A DNA stretch of 64,000 nt from a virus (taxonomy: Duplodnaviria; Caudoviricetes): positions 22,232 to 86,231 of the IMG/VR virus record IMGVR_UViG_3300035520_001285; one strand, given 5' to 3'. A program made the translations under genes and the position numbers. This document shows positions 27,899-40,063 of this stretch, piece after piece. The notes beneath the pieces were generated by a model. The model did no database searches, was not told the origin of the DNA, and saw only the letters and a list, made by a program, of their open reading frames with translations. The number at the start of each line of letters is the position of its first letter. Positions within the stretch are counted from its first letter, which is position 1.

Positions 27899-30800
27899 AA
27901 CATATAGAATACGAACAAAGATTAATTCAAATGATGAAGCCGATAGGGTTATTAATGTTAACCTCAATCGAGACTACGATGTATTTGAATTACTTAGCCT
28001 CAAAATAGATACTTCAAACTTTTATAAACTGCACACATCCAATTATGGCTGTGTAGCAGGTAGAGTTTTAGCAAATGGCAATGTGGGTGTGCCTAATGCT
28101 AAAATTTCAGTATTTGTATCCATTGATTCTGATGATGCCAATGACACGGTTTTGTCAGAACTATACCCGTATACAAAGACTTTTGATAAGAACACAAAAG
28201 GTGTAAGATATAACTTATTACCTGATACGCAAGTTTCATCTTGTCATACTCCAGTGGGTACATTCCCATCAAAGCGAATGATTTTGGATGATGAAAATAT
28301 GGTTGAGGTGTATGATAAGTATTATAAATTCACAACAAGGTCAAACGATGCAGGTGACTATATGATTTTTGGATTGCCTGTCGGAGACCAAACCATACAT
28401 GTAGATATTGACTTATCCGATATTGGCCATCTGTCACAAAAACCTCGTGATATGATTTACAAGGGGTATAATATCACTCAATTTGAAAATGCAAATAAAT
28501 TTAAGAGTGATACAAATCTTGATGACCTCACTCAAATCATATCACAAAATAGTAGTGTATATGTTTATCCTTTTTGGGGTGATACAAATGAGAGCGATGT
28601 AAAAATCACTCGTAATGATATTGAAATCCAATATAAATTTGAACCCACTTGTGTTTTTATTGGCTCTCTTATCGTAGATGATACAAGCAACGGCGTGTCG
28701 AAGAAATGTATCGCCACTGAGCGCATGGGTAAGATGGATAGACTTACTACTGGCGCAGGCACCATTGAAATGATACGCAAAACTATTGATGGTGATGTAG
28801 AGGAAGTTCAAATTCAAGGTAATCAACTTGTAGATGGCAACGGTACATGGTGCTATCAAATACCTATGAATCTCGATTATTATATGACGGATGAATATGG
28901 TAATTTTGTACCGTCTGATGATAAAGAAAAAGGCTTTCCAACAAGAACAAGAGTTAGGTTTAGAGTGTCATTGAATGACTTCCAGTCCGACTACATGAAT
29001 AACCATTTAGCCAAAGTGTTAGTCCCTAATAACCCTGATACATACGAAGATTTGGATTATGCATTTGGCTCCAAAACAAAAGACGATGAGTTTGGCACTC
29101 AAAGCTTCAGGGATTTGTTCTACAATAACTTATACACCGTAAAACAATACATACCTCGTGTACAAAAAGGTAATAACAACAAGAATCGTAAATTTACAGG
29201 TATCAAAAATGTAAATGTAAATGAGGGCAATAATCCTATTCCATACAACAATCTTAGGGTTGACCTTACATTTATGTTTGCTATGCAATGCGCTATTTTG
29301 AAGTGTATTATTCGTCTTGTTTCATTTATAAATTGGTTTAACTCTAAATCCTCAAAAAAATGTGCGGCTATTGGTGATGGCGTTTGTCCAGATTTGGATG
29401 GGTGGTATTTTTCACCAGGTTGCTCAGAGGGAAAATTAAAAAATACCCTTGAGGTCTTGGAAAAAGAAGATGGAAATGATTCTAAATCAGTCGAATACCA
29501 AAATAATAATGAAACAGACACTGAAAAAGACCAATATTGCATAACAAATAAATCTGATTACCTTATGCAATGTGTAGAAATCAATCTTGCAATTGAATAT
29601 AACGTTATGCAATTTGATTTCTATAACGATTGGATCAACGGAATGTTGTATATACCAAGATGGTTTGTAAATATCCGCAAGAAGAGAAGTTACTTATTTG
29701 GTTTAATTAAAGTTAAAGCTAAAACAGAGGCCTGCATGGAAGAATCGTTTAATACAACAAGGCGATTTGTTCAACAATGTGCTTTAACGTATGAAGCTGA
29801 AAGTGAAAAATCTAACATATATTCTATTGCGACAAACCCTATCGGTTGTGGTAATAACACTAAACAAAAATGCCATAAAGCAGCAGGGCGAAAACATGCA
29901 GCCATCTTTTTAAGTAACAATAAGGGTGGTGGTGGATTTGTCCATTCCGAAACAACAACTAAAAGCCAAAAGGTATATTACTTCAAGCCGTGCGAATGGT
30001 TGAGCACTGGCGTACATTGCAATCTTTTTGCAACTGATATTGTTCTTCTTGGCTCTTTGAATGAATGTGATGAACAGGGTATTCCGCAAGCATTTAAGGA
30101 ACTTCCGTCATCCACTTATTTCATGCCTACTAACTTAGCCGCAACTAATTTGGATACAAGTACATTTATGTACAACGGAGAAGGCAATGGCTATAAATGT
30201 ACCGCAAGCCACACAACTCAAGAAGAGATTAAAACAGCGCAAGACAAGGGAGAGGAAGAAACCTTTGAAACGTACAAAACATGGTCTAAGAATGCTGATT
30301 ATTATGATGCTGAAATAGATGATAAAAAAGAATACGCCGTAACCGAATCGGCTGGCATTGATTGGGGTTATAGAGGGCCAAGGCAAGGTAAAGACAATTT
30401 GAGCGAATTGTATCTACCTGGCGGGCATTTCCTTGGTATTGGCTGCTTTAATTCAGCTGTCAATATTAAGTCTTGCGTCAATCTAATTCGTATTTGTGAG
30501 ATTGGCGCTGTTATGTCACAACGTCAACCCATTCCTCAGCAAAGTACTTCCGAAATAAAATACAGCTATTTAATACCTAATGGATTGATATCATTAGATG
30601 AGATTAATGATTCTAACTTTAGGTCAATGTTTGCTACTATGAATAGTAATGGGCTGAAAACCAAAAGAGATGAAAGTACTCAATATCTCAAATATGATTT
30701 AAGATATTTAAACCCCAATGGATTCGGCGGTGAACTTAGAGGTAAGCTTTTCAATGAAAAAAATGAGCCTGTTGCATCTTACAATGTGAATTATCAATAT

Positions 30801-33146
30801 GATGATGCATTAGGTAATAATAAAGAAGCATCCGCTCATATACGAACCTTGGAAAGTGTAAACAAAGACTATTATTATTTCAGGATGGGATTGGATGGTA
30901 CAGAAACCGATGTTGCTAAAAAAAAGTATCTATGGAGTGATTCTACAGGTACCACTGTTGCAATGCCTGTTTATAATAATTCATTCTATTTTTATTTTGG
31001 CCTTTCTGACGGTAACACAGCCATTGATAGATTTTTCAATGATTTTTATGCATCATGCGAGACTAATGGTGAAGATGCTAATTATTTTACTATAAATGTA
31101 GATACACCAAGTAGCTGTAGTGGCAATGGGTCTGTGGTGTCTGTCGACATTATTAATGCTGATGGCCCTTATAAGATTTCGATTATGGATAATGACACCA
31201 ATAAACTTGTTCCGTTGGAAATGAATGGTAGTGTTATTAATCGAACAAATAAATCTATATACAGTACAGCTATTGAGCATGATTATTCGTCGTTTACAAT
31301 AACAAATCTACCTTCAGGCACATATAAGATTACATTGTCAACTGATGAATTGGGTGATGCGTCTACTAACTTCAAAATCACTGATGCCACAATTGATGCT
31401 ATTGAAAATCTTCTTTTTGGGGTAAAAAACTTTAAAAAAGGAATGTCTCAGGATATAACAACAAATTGGTATTCTGACGCTAACACAAGTCGTGGCTATT
31501 ATAATATATCCAGTTGGAGGGGTATTGATGCTTTGTGTTTGTTTAACGATGAAAAATATATATTATATAATATAACAAACTCAAGAAAAGACAATGAACT
31601 ACAAGCTCTTATCAAAGATGATTTAGATGGTTTGACAAGGGTATCAAGTGGCTACGTAGTTGCAAATTCGAATAATATATTTTTACCATGTTGGAAAGGT
31701 AATAGTAAATACAAATTATATGTGTTTTACACATGCACAGGTTCTACCGACTCATTATTAAAAACTGCTTTAGTTGATAATGGGACAACTGTGACAATGC
31801 CAACACAGCTTGATATTTTGTTTTTTGACAACAGTTTATCGTATGTAAATGATATTAAAAGCCTCGGAGATGAATGGGTAGGCCAAATACTTAGAAATAG
31901 CAAATTTACCGAAAAGCAAAAGTGGTGTTTGAAGAAAGCCTTGTACTTTAGGAATAGCCTGTATGATGGCAATAGGTCTAATTCTATTAATATTACGATT
32001 ACGGGCACAAGCTTGAAGCCTACTGTTATTGGCAACCCTGAACGCATCTATATTAGTGACGATGGAGATGAAGACGAGGATAATGCATATTCGGCCATAG
32101 AGGTTAGTAGTTCTCGTGTGGATTCTACAGTTTATAATAGTGAAAGCGATTGGCATGTAAGTATTGAAAATATGTTATTACCGACATCTTATTTAGATGC
32201 TAATGGTAAAGTCGTCCAATACGGCAATGATGGCTATTGTAAAAATACAACTGACAATAACCATACTTATGGTTATTATAAAATGGCGACAACCCCTAAG
32301 ACTCCATATAAAGTTTCATTGAATGGTAGTGAAATTTCTGCACTTCTACCGTCAATATATCGGCCTTTCTATGTTAATGCTGTTAAATTGATTTATCCAA
32401 CAGATTCGGTAAGCTCTGCGAAAATCAATTATACGGCAATAGGCGCATTATGCATTGTGAATCCAATATTGTACAATAAAAAATTTGATTCAATAACAAT
32501 AGACAATAATGTAGTCGAAGTGAGTGGTAGACAGGATAATGGTGGCCGTAATTTCACATTTACCGTTGCGAAAAATGAGGGAACCGTAGCGGAGGGTATC
32601 GTATCCTTTACATATAGTGTTGACGAGGGTGCAGCTGTAAATTACAATGGCAATACATACTCAAATAGTATTAGCCGCAAATTCCCTGACCTTAGTGACT
32701 CTGACGATGATTTTACATACGATAACCGTATTAGATTCTTTACCTGTGAAGACAAGAGCGGAAATGATAATGCTGATGCATATGTTCAATTTATTGTTAA
32801 AGGAAATGTGACAAGCGATTATGTGACCACTACAGATTGTTTTAATGGCATATTTGGCACTGAAAACTATATATTGAAAGATGTTAGTGATAAATTCACT
32901 TTAGCCGAATTAAAAAATCAAGGCAAATCAAGTCTTGCTGAGGCCTTTAAATATCAGGTAGAAACTACCGTAGGAAAAAGTGTTATTGCTATTAGTGATA
33001 GTTGGACTGAATTGGCATCAAGTGATGACGAGGAGAATCGTAAAATGTATCCTGTTAATGACGGCAAAGCGGACAGACAGAAGATGTGGCTAAGCGTAAC
33101 TCCTGATAATAGTTGCACAACAATTGTTAAATTGTATAGGAAATGA
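27882..33146 (+). CDS. Very large virion structural protein (baseplate periphery/tail fibre network)
   Basis: About 1754 aa; N-terminal GCVAGRVLANGNVGVPNAKISVF resembling carboxypeptidase-regulatory-like beta-sandwich starts, Cys-rich middle, N/S/T/D-rich beta-like C-terminal half; within the structural operon. Confidence 0.6.
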   Translation: MSENNRTYRIRTKINSNDEADRVINVNLNRDYDVFELLSLKIDTSNFYKLHTSNYGCVAGRVLANGNVGVPNAKISVFVSIDSDDANDTVLSELYPYTKTFDKNTKGVRYNLLPDTQVSSCHTPVGTFPSKRMILDDENMVEVYDKYYKFTTRSNDAGDYMIFGLPVGDQTIHVDIDLSDIGHLSQKPRDMIYKGYNITQFENANKFKSDTNLDDLTQIISQNSSVYVYPFWGDTNESDVKITRNDIEIQYKFEPTCVFIGSLIVDDTSNGVSKKCIATERMGKMDRLTTGAGTIEMIRKTIDGDVEEVQIQGNQLVDGNGTWCYQIPMNLDYYMTDEYGNFVPSDDKEKGFPTRTRVRFRVSLNDFQSDYMNNHLAKVLVPNNPDTYEDLDYAFGSKTKDDEFGTQSFRDLFYNNLYTVKQYIPRVQKGNNNKNRKFTGIKNVNVNEGNNPIPYNNLRVDLTFMFAMQCAILKCIIRLVSFINWFNSKSSKKCAAIGDGVCPDLDGWYFSPGCSEGKLKNTLEVLEKEDGNDSKSVEYQNNNETDTEKDQYCITNKSDYLMQCVEINLAIEYNVMQFDFYNDWINGMLYIPRWFVNIRKKRSYLFGLIKVKAKTEACMEESFNTTRRFVQQCALTYEAESEKSNIYSIATNPIGCGNNTKQKCHKAAGRKHAAIFLSNNKGGGGFVHSETTTKSQKVYYFKPCEWLSTGVHCNLFATDIVLLGSLNECDEQGIPQAFKELPSSTYFMPTNLAATNLDTSTFMYNGEGNGYKCTASHTTQEEIKTAQDKGEEETFETYKTWSKNADYYDAEIDDKKEYAVTESAGIDWGYRGPRQGKDNLSELYLPGGHFLGIGCFNSAVNIKSCVNLIRICEIGAVMSQRQPIPQQSTSEIKYSYLIPNGLISLDEINDSNFRSMFATMNSNGLKTKRDESTQYLKYDLRYLNPNGFGGELRGKLFNEKNEPVASYNVNYQYDDALGNNKEASAHIRTLESVNKDYYYFRMGLDGTETDVAKKKYLWSDSTGTTVAMPVYNNSFYFYFGLSDGNTAIDRFFNDFYASCETNGEDANYFTINVDTPSSCSGNGSVVSVDIINADGPYKISIMDNDTNKLVPLEMNGSVINRTNKSIYSTAIEHDYSSFTITNLPSGTYKITLSTDELGDASTNFKITDATIDAIENLLFGVKNFKKGMSQDITTNWYSDANTSRGYYNISSWRGIDALCLFNDEKYILYNITNSRKDNELQALIKDDLDGLTRVSSGYVVANSNNIFLPCWKGNSKYKLYVFYTCTGSTDSLLKTALVDNGTTVTMPTQLDILFFDNSLSYVNDIKSLGDEWVGQILRNSKFTEKQKWCLKKALYFRNSLYDGNRSNSINITITGTSLKPTVIGNPERIYISDDGDEDEDNAYSAIEVSSSRVDSTVYNSESDWHVSIENMLLPTSYLDANGKVVQYGNDGYCKNTTDNNHTYGYYKMATTPKTPYKVSLNGSEISALLPSIYRPFYVNAVKLIYPTDSVSSAKINYTAIGALCIVNPILYNKKFDSITIDNNVVEVSGRQDNGGRNFTFTVAKNEGTVAEGIVSFTYSVDEGAAVNYNGNTYSNSISRKFPDLSDSDDDFTYDNRIRFFTCEDKSGNDNADAYVQFIVKGNVTSDYVTTTDCFNGIFGTENYILKDVSDKFTLAELKNQGKSSLAEAFKYQVETTVGKSVIAISDSWTELASSDDEENRKMYPVNDGKADRQKMWLSVTPDNSCTTIVKLYRK

Positions 33147-35974
33147 GAAATATTGAGTTAGGAACACAAAGTGATAGTAATTTTTCTACTTCAGAAAAAC
33201 GTGTAAATATTGGGTTGGAAGTTAATGAAAAACTTCTGCCCACCGATTCTGTTTCGTCTACAATAGACGAATATGAGCAATATCTCTCTGAAAAAGATGC
33301 TTCTAAAATATACAGGCCTATTTTTACGATAAATCCTTTATGCACCAATGTCTTATTTAATGCAATAACCGAAATAACAGACAATGAAGGCTCAGCACAA
33401 ATACAAGTTTTTGAAAGTGAGGCAATAACAATAAGTAGTATTACCTCTGAAACCGTAAAAAAATACTTGAATTATAAAGGTAGTGGGAGTGGAAGTGCTA
33501 TTAACCGTGAGTCATTAATAAATGATACTGGTTTTTCGCATCCTGAAGCTGGCGGCTTAGTTTATCACTGTGGCTATGACATTTTTAATAACCATACTTT
33601 ACGTAATAAAGAGTTCTATGTAATAAACAAACTTAACTCGGCTAATAATTTGAGAGGTGGTTTTAATTCTCTTTCTGATTATGAAAGAGATGGAAATGGT
33701 GACACTATTAAAATACCAAAGTCGATTATCACTAAAAAGGAAGATTCCTATAGCACATATGAAAATGTAGAACAACATCTTTATCAATCTGATACAGTTT
33801 ATTCATTTAAGGAGTCTATAAATCAAAATTTGATAGAACGTGATGGGTGGTTTGGCTTCATCAACCCATCAACCATAGAAACAATTAATTACGTATCGGG
33901 CACTACCTCTGTATCTCTTAACAAGTGTATGAATAATAATAAGGCTTGTGAGATGATAGATATGTATCCTGATAGGGAACTATTCTCGTTTTTGCCGAAA
34001 AAGAATAAAAAACGTGCGAGACTTGAATACAATTGGAAATTCTGCCTGACATATCCCTCGGATTGTTTTTATCAGAATGAGTTAATCCAACATCAAATTT
34101 CAATTGGTGAGAAGAATTCATATGCTAAAAAGTATAACGGTATTAAATGCGATTTAGTGTCAGTCCCCTCAAATGAAGATGAAGAATTCATGTTTAGGAG
34201 TCATTTCAAAAACAATCTTACAAGCGGTGATTTGATTGAAATGACAATATTCAACGGTGAAACCTTAATTGATGTAACCAATAGGGTTGAAATCAGCAAC
34301 GTTGGTTATAATGGAGAATATTATGATTATTATTTCACCGTTCCATATGATAACCTTATAGATTATGAAGGCTTTTTAGGCAAGAGTTTAACCGACATAC
34401 GAATAAGAAAAATTGTTAATGGAGAACCAAGCCATTACTATTTTCGTGTATTTAGACGTTTACCTAATTTCAAAAACTCAGATGTCTATAAGGAAAATGA
34501 CTGCATCTATGGGGATTATGATAGTCTTGTGGATTTATATTCTTCAGTTGATTTTGAATGTAATGTTAATAAACTTGCGTTTGAACGCACGATTTTCAAT
34601 GATAACAGCATTCAACTTGTTTACACTGACGATATAGATTTAAGTGGCTTAAGGGATAACCTTAATAGGCCGCTATCTGAATTTTACTTAACAATAGTAA
34701 AAAATAATAGTGGTTATGATAAATGGTATGGAGCATATAAACGTGATGGCGTTTGGACCGAGACGCTTGACTTTAAGGACAATAGCGTCGAATATTCGCA
34801 CTGTTTCGGCAAATTGACATCTGGTTTAGATTTGCCTGAGTTCATTGACAACTACAACGTCCACAAAATTCATAACATTAATATTTCTGATGCTGAAACC
34901 TTTAGCTCATACAATCCAATTACAGATATTCTTAAAATTAAAGAAAGCCCAAAGGCTCTGGAATATTACGGCACCGAAATAACCATAAAAGGTTATGATG
35001 ATGAATATCAGTTCTTAGGGGATATCGTAGAGTTTCGACCTAAGGCTTTTGATGAGATTGTTTGTGAAGATGTTTACTTTAGGTTTAACACGGGACAGCG
35101 TGAATATATAAATTATAAAGCGACTAATAAAGTTTATGGTCGTTTTGCTAATCTCCATTATTCCGAAATACAAGCTGACGATTTTGAAATACATGAAAGT
35201 GGAAGTACGTTTCAGGCCGTTTCGGACGTCTATAATCAAACAACATTAAATGGCGAAACACGTTATTATCCTGTTAATGTATTTCCTGAAGGGTATTATT
35301 ATAAAGCACATTATCGAGTAAAAGTAAGAGAACTTAACACAGCCGTAAACGAAGGTGCTCACACTAAAATGAAGTTTACTGTAATTGGCGCCGTCTTTAA
35401 CTCTAACAGCTTAACTACAAAAGTGACTATTAAAACTGATAAGAACTATTATGTAGAAGCTGGAAATACAATATATGCATATAAAAAGGGTAATGCTGAA
35501 ACCAATATTGCATTAATAACTAATAAAGTCTTTGGTAAGAATTTTGAATATATTGTTATCACCTTCCCATATTCATTTCTGAATGTAAAACAAGGAAGTG
35601 ACGAAACTGACGAGCAATTTTTAACACGTGCAACCGAAGAAGTGTATAAACTAAATTTATTCAAACATAATAGTGAGAAACCTTACTACGCCTATGAATT
35701 AAATGATGGCACGGGACGTTACATATGGAGAGATTTAAAGTCTGAGTCGGAGTTAAGGACTGATAGTGAATTATATAATTCAGTCTTTACTAATGGAGCC
35801 CATTACCCACATAAAACCATAAATTTCTTCTTGAAACGTCAAGACCCAAAGGGTGATTATGGCTTGCAATACGGCAATGGGGTACCTTCTAAGGTACTTA
35901 ATTTAATTGTTGATGGCGAAAGAACTGATATATCAGGTTATGACTATACAGAAGAGGAGGATATGACATGCTAA
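33143..35974 (+). CDS. Large putative virion structural protein
   Basis: 943 aa, ATGA overlap with the upstream gene, Y/N/D-rich; no catalytic motif seen. Confidence 0.55.
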   Translation: MRNIELGTQSDSNFSTSEKRVNIGLEVNEKLLPTDSVSSTIDEYEQYLSEKDASKIYRPIFTINPLCTNVLFNAITEITDNEGSAQIQVFESEAITISSITSETVKKYLNYKGSGSGSAINRESLINDTGFSHPEAGGLVYHCGYDIFNNHTLRNKEFYVINKLNSANNLRGGFNSLSDYERDGNGDTIKIPKSIITKKEDSYSTYENVEQHLYQSDTVYSFKESINQNLIERDGWFGFINPSTIETINYVSGTTSVSLNKCMNNNKACEMIDMYPDRELFSFLPKKNKKRARLEYNWKFCLTYPSDCFYQNELIQHQISIGEKNSYAKKYNGIKCDLVSVPSNEDEEFMFRSHFKNNLTSGDLIEMTIFNGETLIDVTNRVEISNVGYNGEYYDYYFTVPYDNLIDYEGFLGKSLTDIRIRKIVNGEPSHYYFRVFRRLPNFKNSDVYKENDCIYGDYDSLVDLYSSVDFECNVNKLAFERTIFNDNSIQLVYTDDIDLSGLRDNLNRPLSEFYLTIVKNNSGYDKWYGAYKRDGVWTETLDFKDNSVEYSHCFGKLTSGLDLPEFIDNYNVHKIHNINISDAETFSSYNPITDILKIKESPKALEYYGTEITIKGYDDEYQFLGDIVEFRPKAFDEIVCEDVYFRFNTGQREYINYKATNKVYGRFANLHYSEIQADDFEIHESGSTFQAVSDVYNQTTLNGETRYYPVNVFPEGYYYKAHYRVKVRELNTAVNEGAHTKMKFTVIGAVFNSNSLTTKVTIKTDKNYYVEAGNTIYAYKKGNAETNIALITNKVFGKNFEYIVITFPYSFLNVKQGSDETDEQFLTRATEEVYKLNLFKHNSEKPYYAYELNDGTGRYIWRDLKSESELRTDSELYNSVFTNGAHYPHKTINFFLKRQDPKGDYGLQYGNGVPSKVLNLIVDGERTDISGYDYTEEEDMTC

Positions 35975-37956
35975 GGATTAAAGTTAATACTTCTGAGCTC
36001 AATTATGAAAGGGTAGAATTAAACATTTCTGATTTATATTATTCGGATGGCAACCATTCGTATATTACTGTAACCACTTCTACCCCACACAAATTAAGGG
36101 GAAACGATGAGGTTATTGTTGTCAGGAGTGAGGAAGACTATTATGAAGAAACAACAAAGGAAATCTCATTGTTATCTCCTTACTCTTTCGAAATTGAATC
36201 TTTTCCCGATATTGCATTATTTGTTGAAAAGGCATCCGTTGAAAATTACAAGTTTAGACTAATGCCTAATAGTTCTATTGAGTACCGAAAGGCCTTAGTA
36301 CTTGATTTGTCTTCAGAACATATCTTTCCTAAAAATCGCTATAATATTAACAACTTAGCAATCCTAACCGATGATTATTACTCATCTGACGATGCTTATA
36401 CTCAAATGTGTGTAGGTGATTCATTGTTATACAATGGAATAATACATGAAGCTGAATCAATAACCTCAGATGGGAAATATATAATGAATAATGCCATTAA
36501 TAATATGGATTACGGTGAAGTTAAATTCGCAAATAGTGACGGAGAAGAAATATTATTAAAAGGATGGGTGGCGCCTGTTTTAGAAGATAAAACAACCAAT
36601 CTTTATAGATTAATCTATTTTTTTGATGAAAATGACGATGAAATTAACTCAATCGCTAAATATATTTCTCAGAATTACGAAAGTTTAAACTTCTACTCAC
36701 CTGATGTTAGGTTTTTTGTTGAAGACGAAGATATTAGTGGCGATGGAAAATATCATTTATCATTAGTAAAACCTGATGAATATACGATAGCCACAATAGT
36801 ATACAGAGAAAATGGGCACTGCCATGTGTCTTTCCCGATTGCAGAAAATTTTGCCGTTAATATGGCAAAGGAAGCTTTGCTTGAAGAAGGATTTGTGGAA
36901 GAACAAAAAACGAATTCAATCAATGAAATTGTTGATTACGAAAAGAGGATGTTTTATCCCGTTATATACGACGACGATGACCCTGAAGCATTTGATAATT
37001 TCAATGATAATGAATTGGTTGATTTGAATGAGATAGTATTCAATTTGCATTTCATAGAAAGGCATTATGACGACAGTAATGGTTGGGTATACGGCAATTC
37101 TGAATGGGTAACAGATGATGATATGGCATGGAATAACTATTCTATATCTGATAATGGCGGTTTAGAAAGAAATTCCAAGCCTAACTATGGTGATAGCAAG
37201 GAAACCTTATCTGATTCGGATGCTGATTTATTGTGGTATTTAGGCTTTACTGATGAGGATGTATATTATCAAAAGAAATCTCTTCAAAAGTCATTCTTAC
37301 GCTTGTCTTTCTATGATTCAAGGGATAGAGCTAATCAAACTTTGCAATTTTATTCAACAATTTTTCTTGATACAGGTGATTTATATAACAAATATGTAAA
37401 ACAAAAGACCTTAAACTATGACTCTGATGATGTTTTAGTATCATTAGAACATGCCGAGGATACGTCTTTGAGATTGTCAGCAACATTTAGTTGTAGTGAC
37501 AAAAACAATATGAGCGCCTGTAGTGAAGGATTCTATTTATATGCTTTTCCTTCTTTAGTTAAGGGTAACGAGTTAACTCCATTATATATGAAAGTTGAAT
37601 TCAACCATGCTAAGTATGGCAGGACTATACCATTTATTATGCCAACGAAGTCAAATTATTGGACTAATGTAGATTATGATAAATGGGATAACATAATAAG
37701 ATGGAACCCCAAAACTAATGAGGTTGATAATAATTTTCCTGTAAATTACAGTAAAAGTAATGGTGGCATTAATATGAAGCGTCTTATTAATGACATGTAC
37801 ATTAAAGTTTATGTGAAATATGATTTCAATAAAAATCGCTACGTGTGGTTCTTAGCTGACCGTATAGGTAACCTGAATGGAAGCGGTAGTGATGGAAATC
37901 TAAAACTCGTATTTAATTTATGGGAGCCAAGGATAAATGGCGTTGAAGGAAAATAG
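35968..37956 (+). CDS. Putative virion structural protein
   Basis: 662 aa, ITVTTSTPHKLRGNDEV motif of the kind seen in baseplate proteins; overlaps the upstream stop. Confidence 0.55.
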   Translation: MLRIKVNTSELNYERVELNISDLYYSDGNHSYITVTTSTPHKLRGNDEVIVVRSEEDYYEETTKEISLLSPYSFEIESFPDIALFVEKASVENYKFRLMPNSSIEYRKALVLDLSSEHIFPKNRYNINNLAILTDDYYSSDDAYTQMCVGDSLLYNGIIHEAESITSDGKYIMNNAINNMDYGEVKFANSDGEEILLKGWVAPVLEDKTTNLYRLIYFFDENDDEINSIAKYISQNYESLNFYSPDVRFFVEDEDISGDGKYHLSLVKPDEYTIATIVYRENGHCHVSFPIAENFAVNMAKEALLEEGFVEEQKTNSINEIVDYEKRMFYPVIYDDDDPEAFDNFNDNELVDLNEIVFNLHFIERHYDDSNGWVYGNSEWVTDDDMAWNNYSISDNGGLERNSKPNYGDSKETLSDSDADLLWYLGFTDEDVYYQKKSLQKSFLRLSFYDSRDRANQTLQFYSTIFLDTGDLYNKYVKQKTLNYDSDDVLVSLEHAEDTSLRLSATFSCSDKNNMSACSEGFYLYAFPSLVKGNELTPLYMKVEFNHAKYGRTIPFIMPTKSNYWTNVDYDKWDNIIRWNPKTNEVDNNFPVNYSKSNGGINMKRLINDMYIKVYVKYDFNKNRYVWFLADRIGNLNGSGSDGNLKLVFNLWEPRINGVEGK

Positions 37957-37958
37957 AC

Positions 37959-40034
37959 ATGGAAATCATTCAAAAAACTGTTGCACTTGAATGTGCTAAA
38001 AGTAGGGATTCATGGAAATTGCCTACGGTCGAAGAAAGTAATACCACCATAAATTATGGCGGTGATTACTCCGATTGGGGTAAACTTGCGTACGATATAA
38101 AATTTGCTGATAAAGGTGGTAATCTTTCAAATTTTAGCCACTATCTAACTTCGATTCCTTATTCTAATTTAAGTTATTCACAACTGCATAATATAAGTAA
38201 AAACCTGCCATTATCAACTAATTACAATGGCGAGAAAGTGCTTAGATATAAAACGCTTGTCGGGGATTATAAATTCCTGATTGATTTTATACGAGATTCG
38301 AAACTCTATGCACTATGCAGAAGAAAAGATGAATTTAAGTGGGTTGAAATAGGGACTGATACTACAGACAGAAGAGAATTTTTCTTTTCAAGGAATTGGC
38401 TCTTTTTAACTGAGTTGCCATTAATCGAAGATATGGAAACCTGTTCAAAAAGCTATTTCAATTCAATTGACACTTCTAATTGTGAGTATGGAGACGGATA
38501 CATCATAACTAGTACAAACAATAAATTGGTTAACGGCGGCTTAAATTCATGGGATGGCACTCAATGGGTACCATATGTATGCATAAATGAATCCGCTGAT
38601 AAATTCAGAGGGCTATTCAGGATTAAAGGTGATACTACAAAATATGAAATAATTTATTACTACTTTTCTCTCTATTTTAAGAATAATTTATTGAGCAGCA
38701 CCGAAGAGAGTATATTAACAGCGTCTCCGTATCTAAATATTCCTATATTGCTTGAGAGTGAGATTGAAAATATAGGTGAAGATACTCCTTATATAGAAGA
38801 TTGGACTGCGAATAAAACTTATTATGTTGGTGATAAGGTACGTTATGTTAGTGAGGACGACCCATTGGGTTCGGTGTATAAACTAATTAAAGGTTCGGAT
38901 ACAACCAATGTTACAATTACAGAGGAATTATATAATAAATTCAAGGAACTCGGTACAGTGCCATTACAAATGAGGCAAACGAATCACGAATCACCCATCT
39001 ATTCCATGGTAGTTTCTTTTTATAAAGGATATTATGATAAGGTTAGTAAAGTGGTTTATTTCGATGATATTGATTCTAATGGAAACTTAGTATTAAATCA
39101 TTGGACTAAATGTACAGGTGTAAATGAAGATTCAACGGGAGTCAAGATTACATCAAAAACATCAAGCCAATTATCGGCCTTATTAAGAACAAGAAAAAGC
39201 TATGATGATAACGTTGAATTACTTCCGTTTATAATTGCTGATGATAAAGTTAATCATAGTAATGGCGAAATGCGTTATTGTTTGGGGGATTGCTGCTTCT
39301 CTATATCAGACAATAAAACATTTTGCAATAGCCTTAATTCAATTAAATTTTACAATTCAACACAAAGTATTTACTCACCAGTAAAAACGCTTGATGAAAG
39401 TAATGGCTTGATAAAAATAAGTGTAACGGATGTACCCACGGAATGTGATTTGATTGAATTTAATTACGTTATTGATAAAAAGGTAGATGATGATGGTAAC
39501 TCAATAGAGGGGACAGGCATTATTTATAAAGAAATATATCAGTATTTTATTAGCGAATATCTATGCCCGTGCAGCGACGTCTATACAGAATTTAGGTGGG
39601 TTGAATATGATGATGAAGTAGATGACTCCACCTTATATAGTAATGGCGTGGTTTTGGAAACTCCGTCAAAGTCCATTAACGGTAAAATCGCTGCATATGG
39701 AGGTAAATATTACCAATGCCAAGCAGTTTTTAACTACGTGAATATTATTTACACTAATACATATTCTTTTGATGCTGACAATTCTGAATTTGTGACCGAT
39801 AATGGAGTTGTAGCATATATTGAATACTCTGACGAACAAGCCAATGATGATGATTTCCAAGATGTTTATTCTTTCTTTGATGAAACAAGAATAGGCATTG
39901 CTAATATAACCAACGACATATCAGTTAATGTAACACGCAGTGAAAGCGCCGCATTTGAAAGGCATAATATTTTAGGTGAAGTAAATACTTTTTCAGACTT
40001 GGAGAACTACAGAAATGGTTTGTTCAGCCTTTAA
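37959..40034 (+). CDS. Putative virion structural protein
   Basis: 691 aa in the same operon; WTANKTYYVGDKVRY resembles a small carbohydrate-binding-type repeat. Confidence 0.5.
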   Translation: MEIIQKTVALECAKSRDSWKLPTVEESNTTINYGGDYSDWGKLAYDIKFADKGGNLSNFSHYLTSIPYSNLSYSQLHNISKNLPLSTNYNGEKVLRYKTLVGDYKFLIDFIRDSKLYALCRRKDEFKWVEIGTDTTDRREFFFSRNWLFLTELPLIEDMETCSKSYFNSIDTSNCEYGDGYIITSTNNKLVNGGLNSWDGTQWVPYVCINESADKFRGLFRIKGDTTKYEIIYYYFSLYFKNNLLSSTEESILTASPYLNIPILLESEIENIGEDTPYIEDWTANKTYYVGDKVRYVSEDDPLGSVYKLIKGSDTTNVTITEELYNKFKELGTVPLQMRQTNHESPIYSMVVSFYKGYYDKVSKVVYFDDIDSNGNLVLNHWTKCTGVNEDSTGVKITSKTSSQLSALLRTRKSYDDNVELLPFIIADDKVNHSNGEMRYCLGDCCFSISDNKTFCNSLNSIKFYNSTQSIYSPVKTLDESNGLIKISVTDVPTECDLIEFNYVIDKKVDDDGNSIEGTGIIYKEIYQYFISEYLCPCSDVYTEFRWVEYDDEVDDSTLYSNGVVLETPSKSINGKIAAYGGKYYQCQAVFNYVNIIYTNTYSFDADNSEFVTDNGVVAYIEYSDEQANDDDFQDVYSFFDETRIGIANITNDISVNVTRSESAAFERHNILGEVNTFSDLENYRNGLFSL

Positions 40035-40063
40035 CAACTTGACTTAAAAAGAGTCAAAAACTA